Source: an archaeon
Lineage (GTDB): Archaea > Nanobdellota > Nanobdellia > Woesearchaeales > GW2011-AR9
Length of the DNA stretch: 64,000 nucleotides
Assembly (NCBI GenBank): GCA_043812455.1
Contig: JBDRMB010000039.1
Span: 12,736 to 76,735, forward strand
Direction: 5' to 3'
Shown here: piece after piece, positions 16,856 through 26,514 of the stretch
How the letters are laid out: each line of letters begins with the position of its first letter
Position numbering within the stretch: the stretch's first letter is position 1
Translations under genes and position numbers: made by a program
Notes under the pieces: generated by a model
Told to the model about the DNA's origin: nothing
Database searches by the model: none
Seen by the model: the letters and a program-made list of their open reading frames with translations, nothing else

Positions 16856-17647
16856 ATGGCAAAAACAAAAGAATCTGTAGAAGCAGTAGCTGAAAAAGCT
16901 GAAATTCAAGCAACATTGATTGCAGAAGAAAAGGAAGCAAAAGAAGGCACTGAAACTTTAACAGAAGAGATAAACGAAGAAAAACAGTACGTTGTAGAAA
17001 ATCCAGACTTAAGTTCTGATCTAGAAACAATCGTACCTGTTGAACTAGAATATAAGGGGGAATTTGAAGAAATTACTTCAAATAATGAAAATGGCAAAAA
17101 ACAGGAAAATAATCTAAAGAAAATTCCAGTTAAAGCAATTCTAGTTAGAGAAAAGGTTATCACTGAAGCTAGTGATGATGCAAGAGAATTATATAACCAG
17201 TCAAGGTTTGGTTCAATTACTGATAATGGCAAAGTTGCATTATCTTTACTCGAAGCTTTATTCTTATTTGAGAAGAAAAGGTTGAACCTACAAAGTGAAG
17301 CTGGAAGAAAAATTACATTTGAAGCTTTCGTTAAAAAGGCAAGGAAAGTTGAACCTAACTTCTGGAACAGGTATTGCGTGTTCAAAGATATCAGAAATAG
17401 GGGATATATTATCAAGACCGCGTTAAAGTTTGGTGCAGATTTCAGAGTATATGACCGTGGTGTGAAACCTGGTGAAGATCACGCTCGTTGGATAGTTTAT
17501 CCGGTACATGAAGGAGAAACTTTGACTTGGTATGAGTTTGCAGCAAAGAATAGAGTGGCGCACAGTACTAAGAAACGGTTACTTATTGGAATTGTTGATG
17601 ATGAAGGTGACGTTACTTACTACGAAATTAGATGGTTAAGACCTTAA
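16856..17647 (+). CDS. endA: tRNA-splicing endonuclease (tRNA-intron lyase) with an acidic N-terminal extension
   Basis: C-terminal catalytic domain pattern YCVFKDIRNRGYIIKTALKFGADFRVYDRG...HARWIVYPV...HSTKKRLLIGIV. Confidence 0.85.
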   Translation: MAKTKESVEAVAEKAEIQATLIAEEKEAKEGTETLTEEINEEKQYVVENPDLSSDLETIVPVELEYKGEFEEITSNNENGKKQENNLKKIPVKAILVREKVITEASDDARELYNQSRFGSITDNGKVALSLLEALFLFEKKRLNLQSEAGRKITFEAFVKKARKVEPNFWNRYCVFKDIRNRGYIIKTALKFGADFRVYDRGVKPGEDHARWIVYPVHEGETLTWYEFAAKNRVAHSTKKRLLIGIVDDEGDVTYYEIRWLRP

Positions 17648-17667
17648 AACTGCTTTTTAGCAGTTTT
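17646..17667 (+). terminator. Stem-loop overlapping the endA stop codon (possible terminator)
   Basis: AAAACTGC-TTTTTA-GCAGTTTT, a perfect 8-9 bp stem followed by T-rich sequence. Confidence 0.35.
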
Positions 17668-17751
17668 AAGTGACCTTTTCAATTTATCTTTTTTATTATC
17701 TATTTCTCTGACATCAAAAACTATATAAACTTTATAATAGAAGATAACTTT

Positions 17752-19167
17752 ATGCCAATGCGCACTGAAGATCAAATTTTGAATTTTCTCAAATACAACG
17801 GACCTAGCTTACCTATGAAAATTGCTAAGAATGTTGGTGAAGATAGTCTGATAACTTCAGCATATCTGTCCGAAATGGTTGCGCAACGGAAAATTAAACT
17901 TTCTGACCTCAAGATTGGTACTTCACCATTATATTATTTGCCCGGCCAAGAAGCACAGTTAGTAAATTTTGTTTCTGAATTTAAAACTAAAGATTTAGAT
18001 GTTTGGGATAAATTGAAGAATTATGGAGTATTGCGTGAAGCAGACCAAGAATTGCTAGCAAAAGTGGCGTTACGTAAAATGAAAGATTTTGCTATGCCAC
18101 TGCAAGTTAATTTTCAGGGTCAAAAAGAACTTTTCTGGAAATGGTATTTGTTGAGTGATGAGGAAACTAATGCTAAAATTTCAGAGTTGTTGGATCATTT
18201 GTCTGATGGAAGTCAAGAAGATACTAACCAAGAAACTCCTGTTGAACAAGAAGCAAATTCAGTAACAGCAGAAGTTGAATCTGAAACGTTTAAAGAAGAG
18301 TTAGCGCAAGAACAGATAATAGAAAAACATGGACATCCAGAATCAGTGGTTTCTCAAGGGAAAATAAACGAAAAAGACAAACCGGAAAGTGAAAGTTATC
18401 CGCCAGATACTACTAAAAGATTGCCTGAACAGGTAAATTCTGAGAGTTATCCACCAGACACAAGTAAAAAAGAAGAACATTCTGAAAAAGAACCAGCTTA
18501 TCCACCAATTACTGCTGAAATTGAAGATAAAGAAGAATTGACAGAAGAAGAAGTAAATGAGGAACCGGTTGTTGACAAAGAAGCAGAAGAAATTTCAAGC
18601 CAAGCAAAGGAAGAAAAAAAAGAGGAAGACGAAGAAAAAGATAAAAAACAAAGAGAAGATCTTAAAGAATTCACTAAAGATAAGCAGAAAGTTCTTACTG
18701 AAGATCATGATCAAAAAGAAGATAAGGAAAAAGATATCAAACCTAAAAAATCGTTCGTTGCAAAAATTAAAGATAAAATCACTGGTACCAAAAGAAGGAA
18801 AAAGGTTGAAGAAGAGTTTATGCCAACTATAATGAAATATCTTGCTGAACTTAACATTGACATCGACTCACACGAAATTATTCGAAAGAATTCTGAATTT
18901 AATTTAACAATCAGAGTTCCATCTGTAGTAGGTAAATTGACATATTATTGTAAAGCTAAAAATAAGAAAAATTGTGACGAAAAGGACTTGTCTGCTGCAT
19001 ACATGGAAGCTCAAATGAAAAAAATGCCTTTACTTTTTTTGTATAGTGACAAAATTAATAAGAAAGCTGAGGAGTTGCTTGATTCGGGAACGTTTGATAA
19101 TCTTATTGCTAAAAAGATTGAACTTGACGAAGAAGAGATCGGTGACGGAAAGAAGTTATTAAAGTAA
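17752..19167 (+). CDS. Hypothetical protein: N-terminal winged-helix-like domain, long charged low-complexity linker, conserved C-terminal globular domain
   Basis: N-terminus ILNFLKYNGPSLPMKIAKNVGEDSLITSAYLSEMVAQRKI..PLYYLPGQ. The linker contains ESYPPDT(T/S)K twice and an E/K-rich tract. The C-terminus is FMPTIMKYLAELNIDIDSHEIIRKNSEFNLTIRVPS..YYCKAKNKK. Confidence 0.55.
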   Translation: MPMRTEDQILNFLKYNGPSLPMKIAKNVGEDSLITSAYLSEMVAQRKIKLSDLKIGTSPLYYLPGQEAQLVNFVSEFKTKDLDVWDKLKNYGVLREADQELLAKVALRKMKDFAMPLQVNFQGQKELFWKWYLLSDEETNAKISELLDHLSDGSQEDTNQETPVEQEANSVTAEVESETFKEELAQEQIIEKHGHPESVVSQGKINEKDKPESESYPPDTTKRLPEQVNSESYPPDTSKKEEHSEKEPAYPPITAEIEDKEELTEEEVNEEPVVDKEAEEISSQAKEEKKEEDEEKDKKQREDLKEFTKDKQKVLTEDHDQKEDKEKDIKPKKSFVAKIKDKITGTKRRKKVEEEFMPTIMKYLAELNIDIDSHEIIRKNSEFNLTIRVPSVVGKLTYYCKAKNKKNCDEKDLSAAYMEAQMKKMPLLFLYSDKINKKAEELLDSGTFDNLIAKKIELDEEEIGDGKKLLK

Positions 19168-19299
19168 TAAAAATCTACAACAAGTGTTACTGATTTTTAG
19201 TATACAAAAAAATCTTCAGAAATTTTTAAGTATAAAAGAAAAGTAATAAAAGTACAAACCAATTCTAGTCACAAAACACATTCATGATACATATTAAAA

Positions 19300-20337
19300 A
19301 TGGGATTAAAAATTAAAGATATTATTGTCAAGGAAGAGATTAGTATTAAAGATTTAAGCGGCAAAGTTCTAGCTATTGATTCCATGAATTTACTTTATCA
19401 GTTCTTAACAACAATCCGTCAAGCTGACGGGAAAGTTTTCACCAACAGTAAAGGTGTTGTTACATCGCATTTAATTGGCTTGTTTAACAGAACTACCAGT
19501 TTAATGGATCAAGGGCTAAAATTAGTATTTATCTTTGATGGAAAAGCACCAGATATCAAACTAAAAACCTGGGAAAAACGGACCGCTATTAAAAAAGAAG
19601 CATCCCTCAGATTAGAGAAAGCAGAAGAAGCTGGTGATGTTGGAGAAATGCGCAAATTTGCAGCCAGAACTGCTAAATTGGATAAAGATATGATTGAGGA
19701 TGCTAAAAAGATTATCAAAGTGTTAGGTTTACCAGTAATCCAAGCCCCTTCAGAAGGTGAAGCACAAACTGCATACATAGTAAAGAAAGGTAATGCTTAC
19801 GCTTCAATCTCACAGGATTATGATAACTTGATCTTTGGCTGCCCTTTGTTAATCAGAAATTTATCAATTGAAGGTAAACGGAAAAGAGCAGGGAAGTTTG
19901 CATATCAAATTGTTAAGCCTGAAATGATTAAGTTAAAAGATGTTTTGGATGAACTGAAAATTAATCATGATCAGTTGATAGTTCTAGCAATCTTAGTTGG
20001 TACTGATTATAATCCTGACGGAATAAAAGGTATTGGTCAAAAAAAGGCTTTGAAACTTTTGCAAGAGTTTGGAATGAATTTTGACAAAATATTTGAAGAA
20101 GTTAAATGGAAAGATAATTATCCAGATTTAGAATGGAAAGAAGTTTTTAACACTATCAAAAATATGAAAGTCACTGATGATTATAAACTCGAATGGAAAC
20201 CTATTGATGAGAAGAAAGCTTTGAATCTTCTGGTTGAGGAATATGAGTTTCATGAAGAGAGAGTTAAGAAAAAGATAGACTTATTGTGCAAACAAAAAGA
20301 AAAGATGTGTCAGAAAGGACTTAGTAGTTTCTTTTAA
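19300..20337 (+). CDS. fen: Flap endonuclease 1
   Basis: MGLKIKDII..LSGKVLAIDSMNLLYQFLTTIRQADG, VFIFDGKAP, APSEGEAQTAY, SQDYDNLIFG, LVGTDYNPDGIKGIG. Confidence 0.9.
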   Translation: MGLKIKDIIVKEEISIKDLSGKVLAIDSMNLLYQFLTTIRQADGKVFTNSKGVVTSHLIGLFNRTTSLMDQGLKLVFIFDGKAPDIKLKTWEKRTAIKKEASLRLEKAEEAGDVGEMRKFAARTAKLDKDMIEDAKKIIKVLGLPVIQAPSEGEAQTAYIVKKGNAYASISQDYDNLIFGCPLLIRNLSIEGKRKRAGKFAYQIVKPEMIKLKDVLDELKINHDQLIVLAILVGTDYNPDGIKGIGQKKALKLLQEFGMNFDKIFEEVKWKDNYPDLEWKEVFNTIKNMKVTDDYKLEWKPIDEKKALNLLVEEYEFHEERVKKKIDLLCKQKEKMCQKGLSSFF

Positions 20338-20502
20338 TAAGATTAATTTATAGAATTTTTTAGAAGTGTAAATTTATAATTTTAACTTAGAAGGTTATTC
20401 TATTTTGAGCGAATGTTATTGGTTAATTTTGTCCTTTATTAATTTTTATCTACTGGTGACGAGATATGTTTTTATATTGGAAGTTGAGTTACTGTATTTT
20501 TG

Positions 20503-22041
20503 ATGAAACATGTTATTTCAATTAGAGATTTTTCTAGAGCCGATTTAGATTCGTTAATAATTGAAGCCTTAGAAAATAAAAGAAGAGGAATTCAGAATAG
20601 TTTTTCTGGCAAAAAAGTTGCATCACTATTTTTTGAAAATTCTACAAGAACTAGAGTTAGTTCAGAAACTGCATTACAAGAATTAAAATTTTATGTTAAT
20701 GGTTTTTCAAGTGTGGAAGGAACTTCTGTAAAGAAAGGAGAGCCATTAAAAGACACTCTTACTATGTTTGTTAGATATGGCTATGATGCAATAATCATTA
20801 GACATCCTTTGGAAGGTGCTGCAAGATATGCTGCTGACTTGTTTGGTGATGAAATTGGTATAGTTAACGCTGGAGATGGAAGCAATACTCACCCAACTCA
20901 AACTCAATTAGACCTCATGACTATTGTAGAAAAACATGGAAAGATCGATGGACTAAAAATTGCAATGGTTGGAGATTTAAAATATGGTAGAACAACCCAT
21001 CCTTTGCTTCAAGCCTTAGAACTTTATGATTCTGAAGTGTGGTTAGTTTCGCCAGATGCCCTCAGAATGCCTGAATGGAGAATACAAGATTATCAAAATG
21101 CAACAGGGAAAAAGCCAATAATTACTGATGATTTCATAGAAGCAATTAGAAATGTTGATGTGATTTATATGACTAGGATTCAAAGAGAAAGGTTTCCGGA
21201 AGGCCCAGATGGTCAAACTGAATATGAAAAAGTAAGTGGTATTTATAATTTGGCAGCAGAAATGTTGAAGGAAGCTAATCCCAATTTAATTGTGATGCAC
21301 CCCTTGCCACGATATAAACATAACCTTGAAATTTCAATGGATGTTGATGATACTCCACACGCTTGGTATTTTAATCAAGCGGAAAATGGCCTTTACATGC
21401 GAGAAGCTATTTTTAACAGAGTTTTTGGAAAAGGTTTTGTAGGTAGGACTAGAGAACAAGTAGAAAGCAATGGTTTATGGCAGGATATACCAAGAAATCC
21501 AAACAAACTAGGTAAAATAGGTAAAAGATTACTTTATCGCCTTGACGATGGAACTTTAATTGATCATATTGAACCTGGAAGAGCAGAATTCATTAAACAT
21601 CTTTTAGGGTTAGGAAATTTAGATACTGAAATTGTGTATCCTGAAGGGCTTAATAGTCATGGCCATGGTATTAAAAAAGGTGTTTTAGCAATTAATCAAA
21701 GGTACTTAACTGATCAACAGTTGAGTATGTTAGGTTTGTTAACACAAACAGCAACAGTTAATATAATTAAAGAAAGAAAAGTTGTTAGAAAAGGAAGAAT
21801 TATTTTACCATCTGTTTTTAAAGGTGAATTACAATGTCAAAATCACAATTGTATTACTTGGCCAGACCATTATGAACATGTTACAAGTCTTTTCTATCTT
21901 GAACAAAGAGATCCATTAAGAATGAGATGCCATAACTGCGAAAGACCTATTGGAAGGGGAGGTATTGCAGATGCCATAGAAGAGCCAATCATGAAATCTA
22001 TAAGACAAAGATATCATCAAAGTTGCAGAAATGGAAATTAA
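20503..22041 (+). CDS. pyrBI: Aspartate carbamoyltransferase with catalytic (PyrB) and regulatory (PyrI) chains fused in one ORF
   Basis: PyrB motifs: FENSTRTR, HPTQ, HPLPR. C-terminal PyrI-like part: DGTLIDHIEPGRA, ATVNIIKE, and the zinc cluster CQNHNCITW...CHNCE. There is no stop between the two parts. Confidence 0.85.
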   Translation: MKHVISIRDFSRADLDSLIIEALENKRRGIQNSFSGKKVASLFFENSTRTRVSSETALQELKFYVNGFSSVEGTSVKKGEPLKDTLTMFVRYGYDAIIIRHPLEGAARYAADLFGDEIGIVNAGDGSNTHPTQTQLDLMTIVEKHGKIDGLKIAMVGDLKYGRTTHPLLQALELYDSEVWLVSPDALRMPEWRIQDYQNATGKKPIITDDFIEAIRNVDVIYMTRIQRERFPEGPDGQTEYEKVSGIYNLAAEMLKEANPNLIVMHPLPRYKHNLEISMDVDDTPHAWYFNQAENGLYMREAIFNRVFGKGFVGRTREQVESNGLWQDIPRNPNKLGKIGKRLLYRLDDGTLIDHIEPGRAEFIKHLLGLGNLDTEIVYPEGLNSHGHGIKKGVLAINQRYLTDQQLSMLGLLTQTATVNIIKERKVVRKGRIILPSVFKGELQCQNHNCITWPDHYEHVTSLFYLEQRDPLRMRCHNCERPIGRGGIADAIEEPIMKSIRQRYHQSCRNGN

Positions 22042-22075
22042 ATATTTAAAAAAATGTTAATATTTCTTAATAATT

Positions 22076-23056
22076 TCACTTTCCAGCATAACCTTTACTT
22101 ACCTTTTCGCTCCAGAAACTTGGCAGGTCATTACTGATAAACCCACAATACTTATCAGAGTAAAGGTACGTTAATCCGCGATCTTCCTTCAAATCTTCAA
22201 AATCTTTATCTACTGATTCATAAACTTCCTTAATCTTTTTCCGCTCGAAATCTTTCTGTAAAAGACTGCTTGGTTTGAGAATAAGATAATCTGCTTGTCT
22301 GATGGCGTTAACTTCTAAGTTAGATGAATTTTGAGTAATAAACATTACACTAAGATCTTTATGCCTGGCAACCAATAATATGTCAGATAATAATTTATTA
22401 GCATTAGTCATTGAACTTCTGCTACTGAACTCAATACCACCCTCATCTACCAAAAGTACAGAATTATTTTCAATTTCTTCAATACTTTTAACAACTCTAA
22501 TCCAATGAGGTAAAGCATTTTGCTTAAATCCTAATGCATACAATTTCTTTTCACTTTTTGATGCAAAATTTTCTAAGAACGACATACCAATAGCACTTTT
22601 ACCAGTACCCCTGGCACCAAGAATAATTCCAATAGTACTTTTGTTATCATACAAAAAATTGTTGAAAGTTTCAATATTACCTTTTTTCTTTTTCAATTCT
22701 CGAAATTCTTGAAACTTAGCATCTTTTGGAGCAGATACACCTTTAACTTTATTAACTTTAATTTCAGATTTCTCTGATTCATGAGAATTGTCTGTTTCTT
22801 CTTCATTTTCTACTGCCTTGGCAGACCTGCCAGTAAACAAACCAGTAATTTTTTTGTAAAAGAATACAATAGCAATCCAAATCCCCTTTAACATATATTT
22901 TATTCCATAATAAATACCTTTGAAGATAAGTACAATTAGTTTCCAGAAGTCTTCTAATAAGTACAAAAAGGCATTTTTGAAACCTTTTTTAATCTTATTT
23001 TTGGTACGTTTCTTCATAAAGGTCTTAGAAGTGCATAATTTTATAAAGGTTTTCAC
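22076..23056 (-). CDS. Membrane-anchored P-loop NTPase, uncharacterised
   Basis: N-terminal hydrophobic helices (LIVLIFKGIYYGI, GIWIAIVFFY), Walker A GARGTGKS and Walker B VLLVDEGG. The family is not identifiable by eye. Confidence 0.6.
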   Translation of the reverse strand: MKTFIKLCTSKTFMKKRTKNKIKKGFKNAFLYLLEDFWKLIVLIFKGIYYGIKYMLKGIWIAIVFFYKKITGLFTGRSAKAVENEEETDNSHESEKSEIKVNKVKGVSAPKDAKFQEFRELKKKKGNIETFNNFLYDNKSTIGIILGARGTGKSAIGMSFLENFASKSEKKLYALGFKQNALPHWIRVVKSIEEIENNSVLLVDEGGIEFSSRSSMTNANKLLSDILLVARHKDLSVMFITQNSSNLEVNAIRQADYLILKPSSLLQKDFERKKIKEVYESVDKDFEDLKEDRGLTYLYSDKYCGFISNDLPSFWSEKVSKGYAGK

Positions 23057-23073
23057 ACTATTTTAAGATTGTA

Positions 23074-24129
23074 ATGTTAAGTATAAAGACCGAGTTAAAG
23101 AACGCTCAAAGAGTTAAGAAATCTTTGTTAGATAAAGGGCTCTTAGATTTAAGGTATGTGGCTAAACGAAAAGGTGATTTCATCTGTTTTCCAATAACAA
23201 AAGCAGTTAAAATTGCACAAACCCAAATTGTTAATACTAAACTCGAAAAGAAAAAAGAAAGGCTTAGCCTAGAAAATTTGTTGAAAAGAAAACTTACCAC
23301 TTCTGAGCTCAAGATCATCCCAAAAACTCAAGAGATTGTTGGGGATATCATGATCTTAGAGATTCCAGAGAAGCTTGAGAAAAAAGAAAAGATAATTGCT
23401 GAAGCTTATTTGGAATTAACCAAAAATGTCAAAACGGTAGTTAAAAAATCTGAAATCCATTCAGGTATATTCAGAACAAGAAAATTAAAAGTTCTTGCCG
23501 GAATAAGAAATAAAACAACTATACATTTAGAAAATGGTGTACGGATAAAATTAAACTTGGAAAAGAGCTATTTCTCTGCCAGATTAGGTAATGAAAGGTT
23601 ACGTATTGCTAAACTTGTGAAGAAAGGTGAAGAAATCTTAGTAATGTTTTCTGGCAGTGCGCCATACCCATTAGTTCTGGCTAAGCACAGTCCTGTAAAA
23701 ACTATCTTAGGGATCGAAATCAATCCTGATGCACACCAGTTCGGTTTAGAAAATCTGAAACTCAATAAGCTAGAGAACAAGATTAAATTGATTAACGGTG
23801 ATGTAAGGAAAATAATTCCAAAGCTAAGTCGGGGCCTGGTAAAGACCAAAGAGTATAAAGAATACAAAAATAAAAAATTTGACAGAATCTTAATGCCATT
23901 ACCAAAAACTGGCGAGGAGTTCTTAGATGTTGCTTTACCAATTACAAAGAAAGGTGGTTATGTTCATCTTTATGCATTTCTGAACGAGAAAGATATTGAA
24001 AAGGAAGCAAGGCGAGTCAAGAAAATATGTCAAGATTTGGGTTATAAAATTAGAGTGTTAAAGAAAGTTAAGTGTGGCCAGCATGCACCTTATACTTTTA
24101 GAGTTTGTTTTGATTTGAAAGTTTTATAA
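23074..24129 (+). CDS. trm5: tRNA (guanine37-N1)-methyltransferase Trm5 / Met-10+ family
   Basis: EIVGDIMILEIPE, VMFSGSAPYPLVLAK, GIEINPDAHQFGLENLKLNKL, DRILMPLP. Confidence 0.8.
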   Translation: MLSIKTELKNAQRVKKSLLDKGLLDLRYVAKRKGDFICFPITKAVKIAQTQIVNTKLEKKKERLSLENLLKRKLTTSELKIIPKTQEIVGDIMILEIPEKLEKKEKIIAEAYLELTKNVKTVVKKSEIHSGIFRTRKLKVLAGIRNKTTIHLENGVRIKLNLEKSYFSARLGNERLRIAKLVKKGEEILVMFSGSAPYPLVLAKHSPVKTILGIEINPDAHQFGLENLKLNKLENKIKLINGDVRKIIPKLSRGLVKTKEYKEYKNKKFDRILMPLPKTGEEFLDVALPITKKGGYVHLYAFLNEKDIEKEARRVKKICQDLGYKIRVLKKVKCGQHAPYTFRVCFDLKVL

Positions 24130-24153
24130 ATTAAAGGCATTTTTAAGTTAAAC

Positions 24154-24966
24154 ATGGGAGATAAAATACTACCGCACGGAATTTTTGAAATTTATAAGGA
24201 TTTCAAAGGTCGACTTTTTACTCAGTCACTGTTACAACCAGCAAAATCTCATTTTGCAGAACGAATCGTTAAAAGTGAAGGGAAAGATTATCGGGAATGG
24301 GACCCTAAGCGAAGTAAATTGGCAGCTAGTGTCAAAAACGGTTGTTCAAATACGGGCATTAGAAAAAATGATGTAATACTTTATTTAGGTGCATCGCACG
24401 GATACACCCCTTCTTACGTTTCTGATATGGTTGGAAAGGATGGTTTAATTTTTGCTTTAGATCTAGCACCAACAGTTTTACGTGATCTGGTTTTCTTAGG
24501 AGAAGACCGTAAAAATATAGTACCTATATTTGCTGATGCCAATCATCCTGAACTGTACATTGACAAGGTTTGCCAGGTGGACGTAGTTTATCAAGACCTT
24601 GCTCAAAGAAACCAAGCAGAAATTTTCTTAAAAAATTGTGAGTTGTTCTTGAAAGAAGGTGGGTTTGGTTTATTAGCAGTTAAAGCTAAAAGTATTGATG
24701 TTAAAAGAAAAAGTAAAGATATTTTTGTTGAGGTTAGAGACCTTATTGAAAAGAAATTTATTGTTGTTGATTTTAGAGATCTAGAACCATTCGAGAAAGA
24801 CCATTGTATGATTATTATCAAGAAAAAGGAACCGTTAATCAGTCCTAACAGTAAAAAAAATGGAACCAGTTCTAGTAGTAGTAATAGTAATAATAAGCCA
24901 AAAGAAATTAGTATCAGAGAAAAAATTAAAAGCAAAATCAATACTAAAATGAGGTACAAAAAATGA
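24154..24966 (+). CDS. flpA: Fibrillarin-like rRNA/tRNA 2'-O-methyltransferase with a Ser/Lys-rich C-terminal tail
   Basis: YREWDPKRSKLAA, VLYLGASHGYTPSYVSDMVG, ALDLAPTVLRDL, NIVPIFADANHPE, VDVVYQDLAQRNQAEI. Confidence 0.9.
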   Translation: MGDKILPHGIFEIYKDFKGRLFTQSLLQPAKSHFAERIVKSEGKDYREWDPKRSKLAASVKNGCSNTGIRKNDVILYLGASHGYTPSYVSDMVGKDGLIFALDLAPTVLRDLVFLGEDRKNIVPIFADANHPELYIDKVCQVDVVYQDLAQRNQAEIFLKNCELFLKEGGFGLLAVKAKSIDVKRKSKDIFVEVRDLIEKKFIVVDFRDLEPFEKDHCMIIIKKKEPLISPNSKKNGTSSSSSNSNNKPKEISIREKIKSKINTKMRYKK

Positions 24967-25250
24967 ATCTTGCAAACGAAGCTGGTTACCTTTATGTATA
25001 TTCTAAAAAATTGATGAAGCTCAGTAAAACATTGAAGTATCTTAGCCATCATGCTGAAAAACATCTTAAAAAACATCAATCTACCAATGATGCTAACAAG
25101 AAACAAAAACATTATCACAAACATCTAACAAAAAAAGAAGAAATTACCAAGATTGTTAAAGAAAGGGAAGATATCTTCAAAAAAATGCGACATCATGAAG
25201 TGGCATTTAGACACGCTTTAGAAAAAGAACATCATTTGAAGCAATATTAA
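24963..25250 (+). CDS. Hypothetical His/Lys-rich helical protein (95 aa)
   Basis: Its ATG overlaps the fibrillarin TGA (ATGA). No recognisable motif. Coding status is uncertain. Confidence 0.35.
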   Translation: MNLANEAGYLYVYSKKLMKLSKTLKYLSHHAEKHLKKHQSTNDANKKQKHYHKHLTKKEEITKIVKEREDIFKKMRHHEVAFRHALEKEHHLKQY

Positions 25251-25287
25251 CATAAATAAGAAAGTTATAATTTTAAAGGATAATAAT

Positions 25288-25533
25288 TTATTTTAATTCT
25301 TTGATTTTAATAATTCCTACTGGACAAACTTCCGCAGCTTCTTTATTACTAGCCATATCAGAAATGGAATCTATTTCTAATTCCCAATGATCTTCAATTT
25401 TTTTTGCTCCCCTTAACTGAGCAATACCATCTTCGTCCAAACTCCAAAAGTCTGGATTTACAGCGGCACAAGCCCCACAACTGATACAATCGTCCTTGAA
25501 ATGAATAATTTTGAATTTTGTCATGTTGATCAC
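25288..25533 (-). CDS. Small ferredoxin (single [4Fe-4S]-type)
   Basis: CISCGACAAVNP ... CPVGII in 81 aa. Confidence 0.8.
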   Translation of the reverse strand: MINMTKFKIIHFKDDCISCGACAAVNPDFWSLDEDGIAQLRGAKKIEDHWELEIDSISDMASNKEAAEVCPVGIIKIKELK

Positions 25534-25652
25534 CGAGATATTTTAATCAATATTAAATTGTTATTAATTTAAAGGTAATTTTTAAGTCTGGTTTAAAAAC
25601 TTTCCGTTACTCTGTAGCCTAAATCAAAATTTAAAGATAAAATTAAAAAAAA

Positions 25653-26018
25653 TCAATACTCACAACCACTCATTTCAGCTAACTTTTCTAAACTTTGAGC
25701 ACCCATTGCCACAGTACCATCAGAAAATTTCCAGGTTGGAAAAGCTTCAACACCAGCATCAACACATGCTTGTTGTTCTACAGTACATTCAACGTAAGGT
25801 ACAAACTCTATTGCATCGCCAAACATATCTTTTTGATCCTGACAGTGTGGACACCAGTACGCACCGTAAAATTCAGCACCCGAATCCGTTAAGCATTTAG
25901 CTAATGCTTCTACATTACCTTCTTCACCGTTATTGCTATTATTTCCATTACAAGAAACTAACAATATGCTTAAGGTTAAAATTGCTATTGTTCCTACCAA
26001 AACAGCTTTAAATTTCAT
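25653..26018 (-). CDS. Secreted/lipid-anchored thioredoxin-like protein (VKOR partner domain)
   Basis: Signal peptide ending LLVSCNG. YGAYWCPHCQDQKDMFG...YVEC...AFPTWKF is the pattern of the Trx-like domain found fused to bacterial VKOR homologs. Confidence 0.75.
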   Translation of the reverse strand: MKFKAVLVGTIAILTLSILLVSCNGNNSNNGEEGNVEALAKCLTDSGAEFYGAYWCPHCQDQKDMFGDAIEFVPYVECTVEQQACVDAGVEAFPTWKFSDGTVAMGAQSLEKLAEMSGCEY

Positions 26019-26025
26019 TTTTCTA

Positions 26026-26502
26026 CTAACCTCTCAATTTTTCTTTTAATTTTAAATTTTTATAATGTAAATATGAAAAGAATACCATAATTATAATGAT
26101 AATCTGTGACAACAAGCATAATGGACAAATTACATGAATGGCATTCAGTTCAATGTAAGTCAAATATAATGAAAATAAAAAAGCTAACAAAGTTACATAA
26201 AAATAAAGTCCGGCGATCCATTTCTGATTAAATCTTTTGTGAATTTTGCCAAAGTTGAAATTCTTCAAGATCAATAATGCCATTATCGCAAAGAAAGCAT
26301 ATCCCACCATACCCAAAATTGAAACTGGAATGCTAAAGATCTTTGCATATGCACTTCTACTAACGTCAGTACAAGAAAACTGTTGATTGAAATCACAAAT
26401 ACTATCTACTCCTTTGTAATGCAAAGTCGTAAGGTAAATTGAAGTTACCAAACCGAGTAATGCTAAGCTTAATAAAATAATCATAATTGTTTTATTTTTC
26501 AT
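26026..26502 (-). CDS. Vitamin K epoxide reductase (VKOR) family membrane oxidoreductase
   Basis: Four TM helices, a loop Cys pair (CDFNQQFSC) followed by YAKIFSIPVSILG, and the CPLC active-site motif in the last helix. Confidence 0.8.
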   Translation of the reverse strand: MKNKTIMIILLSLALLGLVTSIYLTTLHYKGVDSICDFNQQFSCTDVSRSAYAKIFSIPVSILGMVGYAFFAIMALLILKNFNFGKIHKRFNQKWIAGLYFYVTLLAFLFSLYLTYIELNAIHVICPLCLLSQIIIIIMVFFSYLHYKNLKLKEKLRG

Positions 26503-26514
26503 TTTTATTCTTTC

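Noticed and set aside
16906-17415. Minus-strand 169-aa ORF
   Set aside because: It is antisense to the endA gene, whose catalytic motifs are clear on the + strand.
24603-25124. Minus-strand 173-aa ORF rich in Leu/Phe/Ile
   Set aside because: It is antisense to the fibrillarin C-terminal tail and the small downstream ORF. It is low complexity with no start context.
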